NCBI GenBank assembly: GCA_964016885.1
Contig: OZ024741.1
Span: 230,578,001-230,642,000, forward strand
Length of the DNA stretch: 64,000 nucleotides
Reading direction: 5' to 3'
Source of the DNA: Eledone cirrhosa
Lineage: Eukaryota
This document shows, piece after piece, positions 15,441 to 30,051 of the stretch. How positions within the stretch are numbered: position 1 is the stretch's first letter; each line of letters begins with the position of its first letter. Both the position numbers and the translations under genes were made by a program. A model generated the notes under the pieces. The model worked only from the letters and a program-made list of their open reading frames with translations, searched no databases and was not told the origin of the DNA.

Positions 15441-18400
15441 TTAGATGCAACCTTTTTTTTTTACATATGTTTTACATATTTTTACTGTTCCATTAATGGA
15501 TTGTACTTGTAATATCCTAACTAGTTGTGTTCTTTCTGTTCCTGTGAAGCCTAGCTTCTCAAGATTCGTATTGAGGCAGTTACTGACATACCCCAGTGCC
15601 CCAATAATCACAGGCATACATCTGAAGGTGTAATCAGGGTGGAGTATCTGCAGATTTCTCATCAGTTCTGCATAAATGTTCTCCTTTTCACTAATCTTTG
15701 ATACTATATTGGCATCTGCTGGGCAGCTAATTTCCACTACTGTGCATGCTTTCTTCTCCCTATCCCATATCATACTATCTGGTCTGTTATGTCTGCATTT
15801 TATCGGGGTTTTTACTGGAACATTCCTCCAGTACTCTTTCATATTATGTACATGGATGTCTTTCACATTACTGTAGCTGTTTATGTGTTTATTATCGGGG
15901 CTATCTTTTTTACGAACTGCATTGTAAAGTGTTTTGGCCACTACATCATGCCTCATAGGTAGTACATCATGCCTCATAGGTAGATAGTACCGCGATGACA
16001 TCTTTGGACAGCTGCTGATGATATGGGTGATATCCTCGATGTTAGTTCTGCTTGCATCCCTATCTCTTTTGTGAATCAGGTATTTCGTGTTAATCTCCTG
16101 TTCCTGGATTGCAAAAGCGTATCCTTCAAAGTGGGAGCTAATATAGCGGTTGTTGGTTCAAGATAGACTACTTTCCTTATCTATATTACTCTCACCCTGG
16201 AGCTTCCTGGCAACATATCCATGCATGATTTTTTGATGATAAGCATGCAGTTTTTCATCCATGGATTCACTGCGATACTGCTGAGCGATATCCTGGGTGT
16301 GAGTTTTTGATTATCACACAGACAATATCTCTCTAGGAGTTCCTTCCCAACTATCATGATCTTATCTGTTTCATCCAGATAGACTTGCTCGAGAGACGGG
16401 CTCCTACGCTTCGAGGTTCGTAGATGTTGTCGGAGAGATATGATGCGACATTCAAATGTTGTCTGGACTGATGTTAGGCCTATGCCTCCCTGCTTACGTT
16501 TCAAGTAAAGGCGGTCTATGTCACTGTTGATGTGGAAGTTTCCGGTGTTGTTTAGTATTTTTCGAGTTCCAACATCAACTGCTCGGATTTCGTCTATTGT
16601 CCAACTGAGTATTCCAAAAGTTGGTGTTAGGACAGGCACAGCAAACACATTGTGAGCCACTGTTTTGTTTTGCGCAGAGAGTTCCGATGATCAGATCTTT
16701 CTTAATCTAGTGTAGTATTCCCTGGTTACGCGTTCTTTATTACAGATACCATTATAGGATATGTTCTCATCTATCCCCAGGTATCTGTAGCAGTCCTCAT
16801 CAGATATCGGTGAAACAGTTAGGCCATTGATGACCATGGTGCTAGATTGGGTTGTTGTTTTTCCCCGCTTTACAGTAATGTATGAGCATTTATCTTGGCC
16901 AAAATCTATTCCTATATCCATTGAGAACGTTGTAACCAGGTCAAGATGTTTCTTCAACCCGTCCATGTTCTTGGCATAGAGTTTCAGATCGTCCACAAAG
17001 AAATTATGGGTTAGGTTCGTATTTCTGTCCTCTTGTGTACCAATGATGTATCCCTCACATTTCTTGAGCAGATAGGACAAGGGGTTTAATGACAAGATGA
17101 ATAATATCACAGAGAGACTGTCCCCCTGAAATATACTCCCGCAATATTTTATTTTATCAGTGAAAATAGAATCCTCCCTCTCTGTCTTTAACCTTAGGAT
17201 AGTAGCCCAAGAAGAAGATAGCCTCTTTATGGCTCTAACGATGATGTCTGGGACTTTAGCAAGTTGGAGGGCCTCTATCATCCAAGAGTGGGGAGCAGAA
17301 TCGAAAGCTTTCCTGTAGTCCAGCCAGACTGTAGTCATATTCCTCCTAAGTTGTCGCACCTCCGGCATCGCAGTTTTGTTGATTAGGAGTTGTTCAGCAC
17401 ATCCCCAAACCCCTTTCTTTCCAGCTGCTTGTTAATCTGTGATGATGTTATTATTTTCACAGTGATCTTGGAGGAATAGGTTCAGGCAGGCTGTATACAT
17501 CTTATAGATCAGGTTCTGGCATGCAATAGGTCGGTAGTTTTTTGCCAAGTGGGTGTCTTTGTTCTTGGGGACCAGTAATGTTTGTGCTAATGTTAACCAT
17601 TCTGGTATAAGTGTATCTCCCTTAAGAACATGTGTGTAGAGGTCAGTAAGATACCTCCGATAGAATATCAGTTTTTTGTACCAGTAGCCGACAATCATGT
17701 CTCTTCCTGGTGTTTTCTTATCTTGGAGTTTTCCTATCACAGTCTCAAGGGTACCCTCACTTATTTCGTATGTTTTTGTTGTAGTGTAGGAGCAATAGTT
17801 CTTTCGGATTTCTCTTAGCCACACTGCATCTTGGTTGAAATTCTTCTTTTCACTCCATATTTTGCTCCAAAAGGAATCTGTCTTTCTGGGATGGGGCCTC
17901 AGTGACACTTATTATTTTGCCCTTCATATCTCTATAGACTGATGTTTGGTTTCGTCTGAATCTTTTATCAAGCACCTTTCTCTCATCTACCCTCTTCAGG
18001 TATCGGCGTTTTTCGCTAACAGCTCTCAATTCTTGTTTGAGGGTGATCAGCTTAGATTGGAGAGTTCTGGTTCTACTGTTACCAAACATCATCTCTATTT
18101 TATTTTTCACTCTGTGTTGGTGAGGAGTGAGGTTTTTTTGTGTTTGCATGTAAGGGGCATTGTCACACATCCTATGTTTTTTCGTAGGTCAGCAATCTTT
18201 TCTTCTATTTTAGTTATATATGATGTCATTTTTGGTGGTGTTATAATCTTGTTAATATTTCTGCTATCACCAAGATAATGATTCACTGTCGTTGCTAGGG
18301 CATATAAACAGGCGTTGATTTGCCAAAATGTTGAGGTTTTTATCCATCGTAAATATTCGAGGTAGACTTAGATGGTACAGGTGGTGTCAAGTTTCTTACA

Positions 18401-18900
18401 GGCATAGTTATTTCAAGGCGCTGTTCGACCTGGCTGCTAGAAAGTCTAGTAGCATGGCGACCTGTAGCACGTGTTGTTGATAACATGTTTGTTGTGGGGG
18501 ACTTACAATTAATAATATTTATCTTATTTTTACGTTCAACAAACGTTGCTTGTTAGCGTAATTGTTTCGCTGTGAAATAATTTAGCTCTGGGTGCATTTC
18601 GTCCCAGTGTAGCTTCATTCTATTCATATAGCCAATGGAGGGATTGTTTTTTTGCCATTTTATAACAATTAAATAAATCATTAAGTTCGCAACTCCAAGA
18701 GAAATGCGATTTATAATTTCGGCTTCTTCTGTAGGTACAACTGAATAAAGTTTGATTACCTTCCTTGTTATTTGTCTTCGGTCCTTCCTTAATGTTTTTG
18801 TTGATGTTGTATTCAGCCATGCTGTTTGTAGCAAATCTTTGTAATATGAATTATGTGTTTAGTCGGATATCTCTACGAATTCGAATATAAGGTGTCTTCA
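15441..18900 (-). mobile_element. R4/Dong-like non-LTR retrotransposon (RT plus restriction-like endonuclease), degenerate
   Basis: NYRPIAC, WLDYRKAFDS, FQGDSLS, FVDDLKLY, YRYLG, RHD, HNRPD..VEISCP..K...Y, PVIIGALG across several broken ORFs. Confidence 0.9.
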
Positions 18901-19799
18901 GAAGATATAGTTAGAAGAATAACCAGTTATTCAACCTGACTGTAGTTGTGGCATTACTGTCGGAGATAGTATTCATCTTAAATTTAATAAATAGTCTCCC
19001 ACGCCAAAATATGCGACTGATCGCGTTGACTGCCTGTGTATGTATGTATTTATGTACAACTGGGAGTAATAGGTCCCTAGTTGTTGTCACAACACCTTTC
19101 TAAGAGAAGGAAACTCTGAAAATAAAAAAAATGCGGTTTCGGAAGCATTGGATGTTGTTGACAAGTTATCCTTTTCAGGTATGTCTTCGATGCTCTGAAA
19201 TTGGGATTGGGCGAATGCAAGGCCTTTCCCCACCAGGATCTGTTGCAGCTTCGAGTGGCTGGCCGTAGCCTAGGGGTGTGCATTATTTATTGTTATCTGA
19301 CAAAGCGATTGCATTACTCTTAGCAGAGTTTGCAGCCACCCTGTATGTATGTATGTATGTATGTATGTATGTATGTATGTATGTATGTATGTATGTATGT
19401 ATGTATGTATGTATGTATTATGTTAATATGTATGTATGTTCATATATCAAGAAGGCCTGCCTGCCATTTAATATTCAATTAAAAGTTATATTTTCAAATA
19501 TAAATACATCTACTATCTGGTTTTTTTAATATTTTATTACGTTTATGTATGCGCAGGTAAATGGACATAATCGGTTAGGTTCCCGAGCACGTGGTTAGCC
19601 CACCGGCAGTAACATACCCCTAAATCTTGTTAGGACGTCATTCTCGTAGAAGGAAATCTCTGCTGTAAAAACTGCGACTCGATGGCAGCCAAAGATGTTG
19701 AACTGTTCTTCTTTATGAATACTTGTCACCGTTGTTCAGAGAGTGGATTTTGTCCAGTGCATTTCTTTACTGAAAAAGCTTCAAGCACTGGCATCTCTT

Positions 19800-22700
19800 A
19801 ATCTAAACGATATTAACGTTTGTTGAGTGGACATTGCTTTTTGTTGACTTTCGCTGCAAGTATGAAAAATGGGTGTGAGTATGCGGAAATCGCCCTGTCG
19901 CATTCTTTTGACAAGCGCGGGCAAGCAGTTTCCCTCTTTCTGGTGGCTGTAATAAAAAAAATGGTGTTGTGGATGCGGCTGAAAGGATTGAAATAAGATG
20001 ATTTCCTCATCAAAGTCCACTTGAAAGGAATGTAAGGATGAAGAGGGAAGTTATTTCCCCTCCATTACATTTGTTAAAAAGTGAGTGAATGTAGTGACAA
20101 TGAGCATGTAGGTGGTCCGTCGCTCGTTGAAATACTCTATTATTGATTAAAAACCAAAGAAGATGGAGAGAACTACAGACACTCAAATACAAAAGGCTGT
20201 AGGTTCAGTATGGAACATAAAAACTTACATACAATAGGCAGGGGTATTGGCACGGTAGAGACGAGACTTGCAACAGAAGTAGCAAGATCTCACTTCTTAA
20301 AACCCTTACTATTTGATGAGCTCCTGCAGGTTCTTTACTATTGCAGACCTAGATACCGCCTGAAATAGCATTTCTTTGGCTAATTACTGCAGTCACAGTA
20401 GAAAAGCTAAAAAATCCTCAATGTCTAGTAGACTAAAATGTAGGACTGGTCAAGGATAGAGGTTGAAACCCTCGTCCAAACCAGTCAAAGTAATACGATT
20501 CCAGAAGGGATGCGTGTCCAAGGCGACATCATCGTATACATTTGTCTTTTGACAATTCACCTAAGAACCTACTGCCCAACACTGAAAGTGAAAGATAGGA
20601 AGCTCCACCTCTCATAAAAACACCACAAAACTCACCAACGAAAACTACCAAAACCCAGGCAGCAACATCAACACCACTAAGAAGAACAACAACACCAACA
20701 CAAGGAAAACCAACACCAACACCAACATAAACAGTAGCAACAGAACCGCCACCATCAGCAACACCAATACCCATCGAAGACATATCACATCCCGACGTCA
20801 CACAGTTGAACCTAAACCCATCACCAAGAACTCCATACAGGTTCAAAAGCTTCGTCTGAGGATGACAGAGGCTTGGTGAAGTTCTACGGTGTCTGATTTT
20901 AATCCGACCTTCAGGGTTGGTACGAGGTTGCGAGAAGAGTGCCTACTCATGAAGAAATGTGCCGAGAGGAAGCCATCCCTGAAAGGACAGGCGGAGGTGG
21001 TGAACGCATACATCACGCCCGTCATATATTGCCGTTTTCCTTCCGTGTCTTGCCACGTTCACGCCTCGCCAAATTGAAGTGCCTGCTCTTCAAATTTTTG
21101 TGGAATGGACAAGTTCCGTTGGTGAGATGGTCCATTGCTGTCAGCACGCTCTAAGCAAAGGCTGGATGGGCCGTTTCTGATGATGCGCGTGTTACCCTAA
21201 AGAAGTAACTCGTGTTATTGCCGTTTGTAAGATAGATCTTTCCACATCATAACTCTGATTGACTTTCCACATCATGTCTCTTTGATTGAATAGTAATCGT
21301 GTGTTAGGCGAAGAGCGAGACCAGGCGCTTGACAGATGGAATGTTGTCAATATCTCACACCCTTTTACCAGTCAGGCAATATGGTTAGTGGCAGTTTACA
21401 CAAGCTTATAGAAGACAGATGGTGGAGAATTGCGGTGACCTTCGCAAATAATCTCCGGGCGTCGAAAAAATCGAACTGACAATTTTATACCGGAGAACCT
21501 TCAAGCCGGATACTATGGGCAAATTCCACAAATCCCTAATGTGACAGTGTAACCGGGGAACACTGAGAGTTCCAGACAAATTCTAAAGGCACGGAAGTTT
21601 TGTCAGACTGACATGTCCGTTATGCACGAATGGTGACGAAACCTTTCCACACGCACTCGTCCATTGTTCTTGCATTGCTGCCTCGTGGAAGTTTGTCGAA
21701 TCGCTATTATCGCATGTAGAAAGGATCTGGATATCAGCTGAGTCCATTGGGAAGTTTGACCGACAGCTTTGTTTTGGTTGGGAAAGGCAGGTAATATTTG
21801 ATGTATCTGGTGACTATATGAAAGGGATTGCGTGATGGACGTGACTAAAAGGACTGATGACTGACACTTTTCTTTGCGGCCAAGCTTCATCAACTATTTC
21901 AAGTTCCACTTGTAAAGGAATGTAATGGTCGTGACGGAAATGCTGAATGTAATCATGATGGGCCTAGTGAATGGGCTTATTCTGACCATTCGCCTATAGG
22001 CTAGATAATTTAGGGAAGAGAGGAGCACCCATTATCTCAGTATTTGTATTATCTTCCATGTTTCGGCTTTTTGGAGTTAGTGGGCAACTGGAATGTGATC
22101 TTAGATGCCAACTGTGACTGTGTGAATTTAGGAGACAGGTGAGGATTGTGTAATAGTCTCCCAAATATTCTCAGAAAATTCCAACTCTCTTACAGCTATC
22201 GACTAGATTTTCTCGAATTTGTCAATCTGTATTAGGTCATCCAGATCGTAATTAGATAGAGTATTCTCTAGGGAATTAGATAAGGAAAGCATAGGTTACC
22301 CACAATGACCTAGTCGACTACACAGATGTGTGATGTGTACAGTCAGCTTAGACAGGCTCTATAGGCGGGGATCCGGTTACTGGAAGCTGAACGCCCCCTT
22401 TCCGGTACGCAAAGCCTTCTGAGATTAATGCATTAGTAAGGCCTGCGAAGACGGGGACAATCCTTAGCAACAAATAGAGGTTCGCTCTGGAAAGGCCGAA
22501 TAAAATAGAATCGATAAAGCTTAATAAAGCTGTAGCGACAGAGAATAATTTGAGTCGACTGAAAGCGAATTAGATAGCTACAAGAGAGAGTCGGCATCGA
22601 AACAAACGTGCTTGCAGCCAGCGATAATAGCACTGAAGCAATCCTCTGATGCTAATCACGACGTCTGCGTTGTCAGAGCTGGTGCACATGCATGTAGACA

Positions 22701-24130
22701 TTAGAGAACGAAAGTTTTTTAATGGCCGTGAGGGACAGAGGAGCAACGAAGCCTCAATCCAGTCGCTGATGGACTACGAGGGTCACATGTTACTCAAACC
22801 CAAACAGATGAGCGCGGTTTTTCAGCGACACTTAGCTCAACTATTCGGAAACAATGGCAAGCCGGATAAGGGATGGACCGTCTTCGACGGGCTGAGATGA
22901 CTCTCGGCGAGGAAAGTAGAGTGTTCCGAAAAGCCGATAATAGTTGATGAAATATGGGACTCAATGTCTAGTTCCACTATGGGTAAATCTTCTGGTATGG
23001 AAGGACTCCTCTAAGAGCTTTACGCAAACATTCCATACATGTTAGGCAACATCTTAGCGGGCGTGTAGCCCAAGGCTACCGGATCTCGAGATAGACAAAA
23101 CCTGGATGAGGTAACGTGCAGGTTGGTCTTTCTAACCAAGAAATGGGCTGAGAAAAGGCTATCCCTGAATTGTCAGGTATAGTTGGTGTACGAATACAAA
23201 GCATACGTCATCTACTACCACCTAACATTCGTGCGTTGTTCTGGTCCACGACTGTCTGCACTGTATCGGTCACTCTTTCGCCTTTTGTTGAAGGGCCAGG
23301 TTCCATTGGTCAGCTGGTACATTTGCTGTCTACACCCTATACGTAAAGGACTGGGCATGTCATGACTGACTATGCGCAAGCATGTGCAGTAGCTACGGCA
23401 TTTTCAGACATTCGTAAACGGTGAACAAGTGTAGTCACATTTCGCCGGACACATGCTTCGTCTTTTTGACGAAACTACAATACTGGTTGAAGCAAGGACA
23501 AGAGGGAGCTTTGGAAACTGGAATGTTTCCAAGCTCTCACAGCCCACAATCAGTAGGGCAATGTGATCGGTGGAACTCCACCTGCGCGTTCTATACGGGA
23601 TTAATGTGTGGAGGAATCGACGACTGTCTTAGTGAGGCCATGCGTGTCGGAGACGAATAATTAGCTGCTCTCTTCTGGAGAACTTTCAGGTCCTGGAGCG
23701 ATGGATAATTTCCAGATATATTTTGCCTGGTAGTGCAACCGGTGATATTTTCCATTTCATTGCCTAGCATGTCGGAGATGCGCACCGAAACCGTCTTTCG
23801 TGCACAGGCTATCAACTGAACCTATTGTTAAGATCACGCGACCACCTTCTTTTAAAAGGGTAGGACAGCTAGTTTTTATATACCTGTTGCCATGGTGAAA
23901 CAGATTATATGTTGGACACGATTGAAGGGGCTGCTGACGAATATGCTTTTTATGAACTTCTTCAAATTTGACTTGAAGAAGAAAATCAGTGTGGCGAGGG
24001 AAGTGTTGCCTTCCAGCCATTTTGTGGAAAGGTTGAAGAGAGTGGCAAGCATGGTCCGAGTGAACGGGCCTGTCCTGAGTATATGCCTGTAACTCAGGGC
24101 TGAAGAACTGAGGGACGGACCTTGATCTAG
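19800..24130 (+). mobile_element. Decayed L1/Tx1-clade fragments (at least two copies)
   Basis: LSLKG.AEVVNAYI.PVIY, LF.FLW.G, YWKLNA, and C-terminal FFKF.LK.KI.V.R.VL.SS.FVER shared with 34726-34947. Confidence 0.75.
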
Positions 24131-25689
24131 CAGTGTGAGCTTCCGTTGTTTTGTAGGCTTTTTCCATGCGTAGCTCTTGAATGTCTCTTCCCAATTGAAG
24201 AATACTTATTGTTTAAAATTATATTCATACCGACTTCCTCGGACGTCTTCTCCAAATTGAGGAATACCCATTGTTGACATTTATTGTAACTGTATTAAAT
24301 CTGTTTATGTGCAAATGCCACATACTATTAAGCACAGACACATCATTCACACTCAATATTTTGTCCTCTGCCGTTCTTGATGATTTACTTAATATAAGGC
24401 CTGAGTGGCTAATAAAGAAATCATTATTAATATATTTATTATACTTCTTTTGAATTCTGCTTCTTTCTCATATGTTGCCGAGTGTCGACCTGAAATCTAA
24501 ATCAAAATGTGGTAATGCATGTATATTACAATCACTTTGTTTTCAGTTGCCATAGAGGCATAACAGTAAATGTCTTTGCTATATATTTAAATTGATAATG
24601 TCCTTCTCAGGACATGGACAGTGCAGGTGAAGCAATATTTTCTGTATCACTTGAAATTATGGCTTTCCAGGTAACTGGCCCAAATTTGTTTCAATTCCCT
24701 GTTTTATCATCACGAGTGCACTGACTATTACTGGTATTGAACAGGCTTTTTCTCAATTTGAATCGTCAGATCTTTATATTTACTGTGCTTTCGGATCATT
24801 TTTAAGATGTTACGATCTGATGGAATTTTAATGTCAAATATGAAGTGTTTTCTTTTTATGGTCTTTCATAATTATATCAAAGTCTATTAACTTTGATTGT
24901 TCTGTGGGTGTCCACAGAGAAATCCCATAGGATTGTCACATTGTCGCTTCCTATTACTCCATCAGGGTGATGGTTGTACCATTTTCCCTCTGTTTCTATA
25001 CCATAAAACCTACATATTACCCAGTGGTAACATTGCCCTACTCTATAATGTCCTTTTTATATTCCTCTGGAGCTATATATTCCTTAGCAGCCTGAAGCTA
25101 GGTGGTCAATGTTCTCAAAATGTTTATCGCAGAATCGTTTCTTTGGGTCAGTACATTTCTAATCATATTAGCTAGAATGTTGTGCGTTGAAAGACGCTGG
25201 TTATGTACAGCCAATCTTTAGCCCAGAACACTACATCCACTGATGGGCTGGAGTGTGATTTACATCAACAATTATATAGACTTAACTACGTTACACACCA
25301 TAATAAACTTGAATTCCTTCTGGGATTATCGCTAGCCACATTCTTTGAACCATGACACCCAATGTTTGACACAAAAACCAGAACAAAATTATATACCTAA
25401 TCACGGTATCAGTAACAACTTGTACATTTAATATTGTACATTAAACTTACGTATTTGTAGGCGGGCTGCATGGGGTGGGGGGTGTTGGCAGACAGGCGAA
25501 GGATTTGTCAATCACGCGGTCTCTCCGGTCAGTTTTATGGTGGCTCTGACGATGTAAAATTCTCCTGGGCTTCATGAAAAAACAATCCAAGCTCTGGTCA
25601 TTCACCTACCCTAACGTTAGTAGAGCTCAACTGGATTATATTCTAATTCGGAAAAAAATGGCGAAACAGTGTACACGACTCTGAAACCT

Positions 25690-26490
25690 ATTCCCCCATC
25701 TCCAACGTGGGGAGGGGGTCTGATCACAGGATTGTCTCTTCCAAATATACATTTAGCCTTCGCGCTCCTAAGAAAGACTTCGCTAAGCCTATGAAACAAA
25801 TTGACGCGAGGTTAGTGTCACCAAATAAGGAGCTCTCCAGCCAGTATGCAATTAGTGTCTACAATAGGTTCTCTGAACTATCCTGTAATGATGATTCCAT
25901 TGAGACTAAATACTCCAACCGAATTGTTGCAAATAAGGAAGTTGCTCTTTCCAGTTTGCCCCCCCCCCCACCCCACCCCCGAAAAAAGAAAATCAAAAGG
26001 AAGCTCACGAAATTGAGCTCAGATATCTTAGTATCCTCGGTGCGCAAAACATTGCAAAATCTTTCTTCTCAGTGCAACTCAAATCCAACTAGTCTACTGC
26101 AAAGCGAAATGAGCCAATGCGAAAAAGACATCGACGGGGCGTACACAACTGCTCTTGCAGAGAAAGTAGAAGGAAAAAAAACTTAAGACACTTCATGTAG
26201 ATAAACAGCACGCAGACGCATGGGATATAATCAAGAAAAGAGAGCCTTCACCCATCATCAAGGGAGGCTCAAGAAGCTAAGAAAAAGTGCTGGACTGACC
26301 ACTTGAAGGTTCTACAGAGCGAACCGTCCCCTGTATAAGGTGATCTCCCAAAGTATGTGGTATCACCTGAACTCGACAACTCCACTGGACTTTTCACCTC
26401 GAGTGGGATCAACCAGGTGATCAAAACATATGAAAACAAAAAATCAACCAGTCTCAACATTATAGCCAGTATAATTTGGAAAGACCCAAA
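25690..26490 (+). mobile_element. RTE-X-like LINE fragment (endonuclease end and linker)
   Basis: ORF 25707-26186 SDHRIVS....SLR...YAISVYNRFSEL. Confidence 0.6.
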
Positions 26491-26546
26491 CGATACTTAG
26501 GTCCAGATATCAGTCTGCATCGACACCTTAAGCTTCATTACGTTTA

Positions 26547-27028
26547 CTAGCAGAAAAATCATTCTTCGGGTGGTTTTCTGCTACAATGTGTTGTGTGCAT
26601 ATTGATATTATACGCAAATATGTAGTTATGATACATCAAATGAAATCGTAATTGATAATATCCACAGAAATTGAAAAGAATCTGTGTTACACTCTCTTAT
26701 GTAATCAGTAAAGTAATCCATGATACATGAAAAAAATACGATATTATATATAAATTGCATTAGGGAAAAAAATTAGTGACTGAAATATATGAATGTTTAT
26801 ATAAGAGATCGCTAACCGGAAGTGTTGACATTTGAAAAATTGAAAGAATTGAATCTGAAAATAAGCAACAAAATTATTTATATTTAATCAAGAATTACGA
26901 AATTTAATAGATAAATTATGTAATATTCATTCATTATTTATTCAAAGCATTCCAACTTATTTTACAAACGGGATAACAAAATATATTCTGGACGCAATCC
27001 CGCACTCCTTACTTTATTATAGTTAAGA
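26547..27028 (-). mobile_element. Non-autonomous Helitron (482 bp)
   Basis: Minus strand A|TCttaactataataaag...hairpin...CTAG|T, inserted in AT with no target duplication. A split second copy lies at 50479-53450. Confidence 0.7.
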
Positions 27029-28084
27029 TTGAGTAGTGACGCGCGTTTCGCTATTGATCAGCTGATGGTTCGATCTGTATCGATCTGGCCTGACTCTGGA
27101 ATAAAAAAAACTCGTCGGACTTCTGTTATGGTAATGGCACCATGAACCTCTTAATGCTTTGAAACAGCATATAACGATTCACGTTCACTTAAGTTGGTCA
27201 GTTTTAGTTCGTTTTGATTGGTGGTTTTGCTAGAAGGAATGCTTGGGTTTGTGTGGTAGTTGAGGGGGATAATTATAATGAAGAGTTGGTCGGGGAAGTT
27301 GGGAAGGTGTGGTGTTTTGGCTGTTTTATAGACATTATGGCATTTATATGGTGAAGTGATGGTGCTGGGTGAAATTACAGAGATGATTACGAGCGATATG
27401 TGACTGGAGATGAAAGGATGCGAAGGCGGAACAGGGGTAGGTAGGATTTTCTTGGTCAGAAAATCGCTACAGAGAAGAAAAATAAAAGTAAACCAAAAAT
27501 AAGAATACAATGAAAAAGAAGGGGAGGATAAAAAGAAAGGGGTAAGTAGGTCTTGTGGCTATGGTGATGTGGGTAGTATATTAAAAAAATATATATTAAG
27601 GCGGTTTGGAGTTTCGAGAATTTATGTGAGTAAAAAAACTCTAGCGAGTAAGGAAATACGTATAAATAAATAGATTAATAAATAAATAAACGAGTTGCTA
27701 AACTAATTATATGGGCTTACCTAGGCATACACACACATACACACACACACATATATACATAGATACACACATACACCTACGTGTATATATATATATATAA
27801 ACACACATGAATATATATATTTATACACATATACACACATATATGCGTACTCCAGGCATAGGCACACATACATACACGTCAGCATGTCCATGGCTGCACA
27901 TAGATACATGTGGCTCAGAGGACCCACCGACATGCACATGCCAGTATGTATCTACTAAGACATACCCCTAGGAAAAGGTCCAACAAGTTTATATGGTGGT
28001 ATAAAAATTTAGGTAAATAACTTCAAGAAGGGTGAAAATAGTTAATAACGGGTGAATGGTTATTAAATATATATATATATATAT

Positions 28085-29270
28085 AGTTTTGCGAGATTTT
28101 TTATATGAAATCGCGTGTCGAAACAAATATTGTTATACTTGGGGAGGGTCATATTTGTGTAATATTGCCAGAATTAATAACAGAACACACTCATTGTTTG
28201 GTTGGTTTTCGCTTTTCGCTTCTGTGTCTTTTATATCGGTAATCTAATTTATTCGGTTCTCAATGTTGCCATTGACTGACCAACGGTCAAAAATAATACA
28301 GATACAATATAGACATAAACACATATATATAGTTTATCAAAGTTCTTTCGTTGCACATCTGCAACAACGTCAGTGGTGCTATTGTTTCCTCCCGTTACAT
28401 TGTATGTCTATGCCATCTTTATTTAGTCTGTTTATATATTTATTTATTTATTTGTTTGTTTGTTTATTTTATTTTGTCTTCTTTGCGCATGCGTTTGCGT
28501 GTGTGTATAGTGTTTTGTTTGATGTGTTCTCGTGATTGGGTGACTGTGTATTGGTTAATGTATTCTATCTTTACTAGTGTGTGTTTATATGTGTTTGTTG
28601 TTATTGTGCTTGTGTATGTATTTATTTATTAATTTATCTATTTATTTATTTATTTATTTATTTATTTATACTTCTCGTAGGTCAGTGTTGTTTGTTTGGG
28701 TGTTGTTATTCCATTCATTCTTTCTGTTTAGTCTTGGCCTTCTAAGTTCTATTTCACTGGCCTCTCTGATTTGCCTATCTGCTGGGTCATTTCTATGTTT
28801 AGATATTATTCTAATTTCTATGTTGTCTATGTTACCGTCGTGTTGTTGTCTGGCATGTTCGTATAGTACTGACCCGTTTTTGCGTCCTTTTAGTTCCCCC
28901 CAGTGTTGGTCTATCCTTTCGCCTATGCTATGAGCTGTCTCGCCTATGTATGTTGTTGTCATGTTTCTGCAAGTACCCTCTGTACATCTTATGCTATAGA
29001 CTACGTTTCTAGTTTTACAGTTTACCCGGTGGTTTACCTTACATATGATTCATTTCCTATTAGTACAGTGGGTTTTCTTAAAAGGGTAGGTTTTGCTGAT
29101 CAGGAATTTTATGGTGGTTCCTGGCTTTTCTACCACCTTAATCTCTAAGTGGGTCTTTCTCAGGGCCGTTCTACACTGGTTAGCTAATTTCCCTCCAGGG
29201 GTAGCGTCCACAAACATGACACTCTGGTATCTCTGGTTGTCGCACCATGAGGTGGCTTTCCCTATCTGTA
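28085..29270 (-). mobile_element. PLE 3' fragment (GIY-YIG plus pseudo-LTR with decayed hammerhead at ~28335-28377)
   Basis: ORF 28666-28962 YIGETAHSIGERIDQH..SVLYEH..RQIREA. Terminus tattgttatacttggggagggtcat is shared with 4584. Confidence 0.85.
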
Positions 29271-29276
29271 ATTAAC

Positions 29277-29877
29277 AGTTATTGAGGCGGTTTGTATAAT
29301 ATAATTTTATTTTATTTTATCATTCTGTCTGCTTCATGATTAAATATTTCAAACAAATGTGGTTCTTCAACCCTCGTAATATTAGACACGATCTACTGTG
29401 TTTCTTACTACATATATTATTATAATATTCAGTATTTATACTTTGTTAATTACAGGGTTTCAGTATGAGTTATTAACTCTAACTTTCATTTATATTTCGG
29501 CTACCTCAAGAGGTGAGCTTATTAAGTCGCGTGTGTTGGACTGTTATTTCTAACCAATACACTCACACCACTTTTGACTTACGGCACACGAGCTGATGAA
29601 TTCATTTTCTGTGTGAACGTTAGTACTAGGTGTTTGTCGCATTTAATCAGATTCTCTCGCTGATGATGCCCATGGATTATCTGTTACAAACCCACTCAGA
29701 GCGAAACAGATTAATACCTAATCTGTTAGAGAGATACAATAGTTATTGAGGCGGTTTGTATAATATAATTTTATTTTATTTTATCATTCTGTCTGCTTCA
29801 TGGTTAAATATTTCAAACAAATGTGGTTCTTCAACCCTCGTAATATTAGACACACGATTTACTGTGCTTCTTAGTAC

Positions 29878-29881
<4 letters not shown>
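29277..29881 (+). mobile_element. PLE pseudo-LTR partial tandem with hammerhead at 29653-29734
   Basis: 29277-29415 is repeated at 29741-29881. CTGATGA...GAAAC-agatta(atacc)taatct-GTT. Confidence 0.7.
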
Positions 29882-29916
<35 letters not shown>

Positions 29917-29960
29917 TAAAAAAACGAAAAATCAGTGATGCATCTGGACTCAATTTATTG

Positions 29961-30051
29961 CGTGTTACAATTGTTTCGCCGGCAGGTAGCTCGAGACATG
30001 GTCACTCTATGGATCTGGCTGATTCTACGGCTGCACGTTCCTTCAGACACG
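29961..30051 (-). ncRNA. Hammerhead-like motif with long stem II
   Basis: cgtgt-CTGAAGG-~60 nt-GAAAC-aatt-GTA-acacg. A9 is deviant. Confidence 0.5.

Noticed and set aside
20529-20846. Gly/Val-rich minus-strand ORF
   Set aside because: Antisense of a Thr/Pro-rich low-complexity stretch next to L1/Tx1 fragments; no independent support.
27031-27125. Hammerhead-like remnants here and at ~31140-31182, ~50765-50870 and ~56200-56260
   Set aside because: Core nucleotides or stems are missing; at best decayed PLE motifs.
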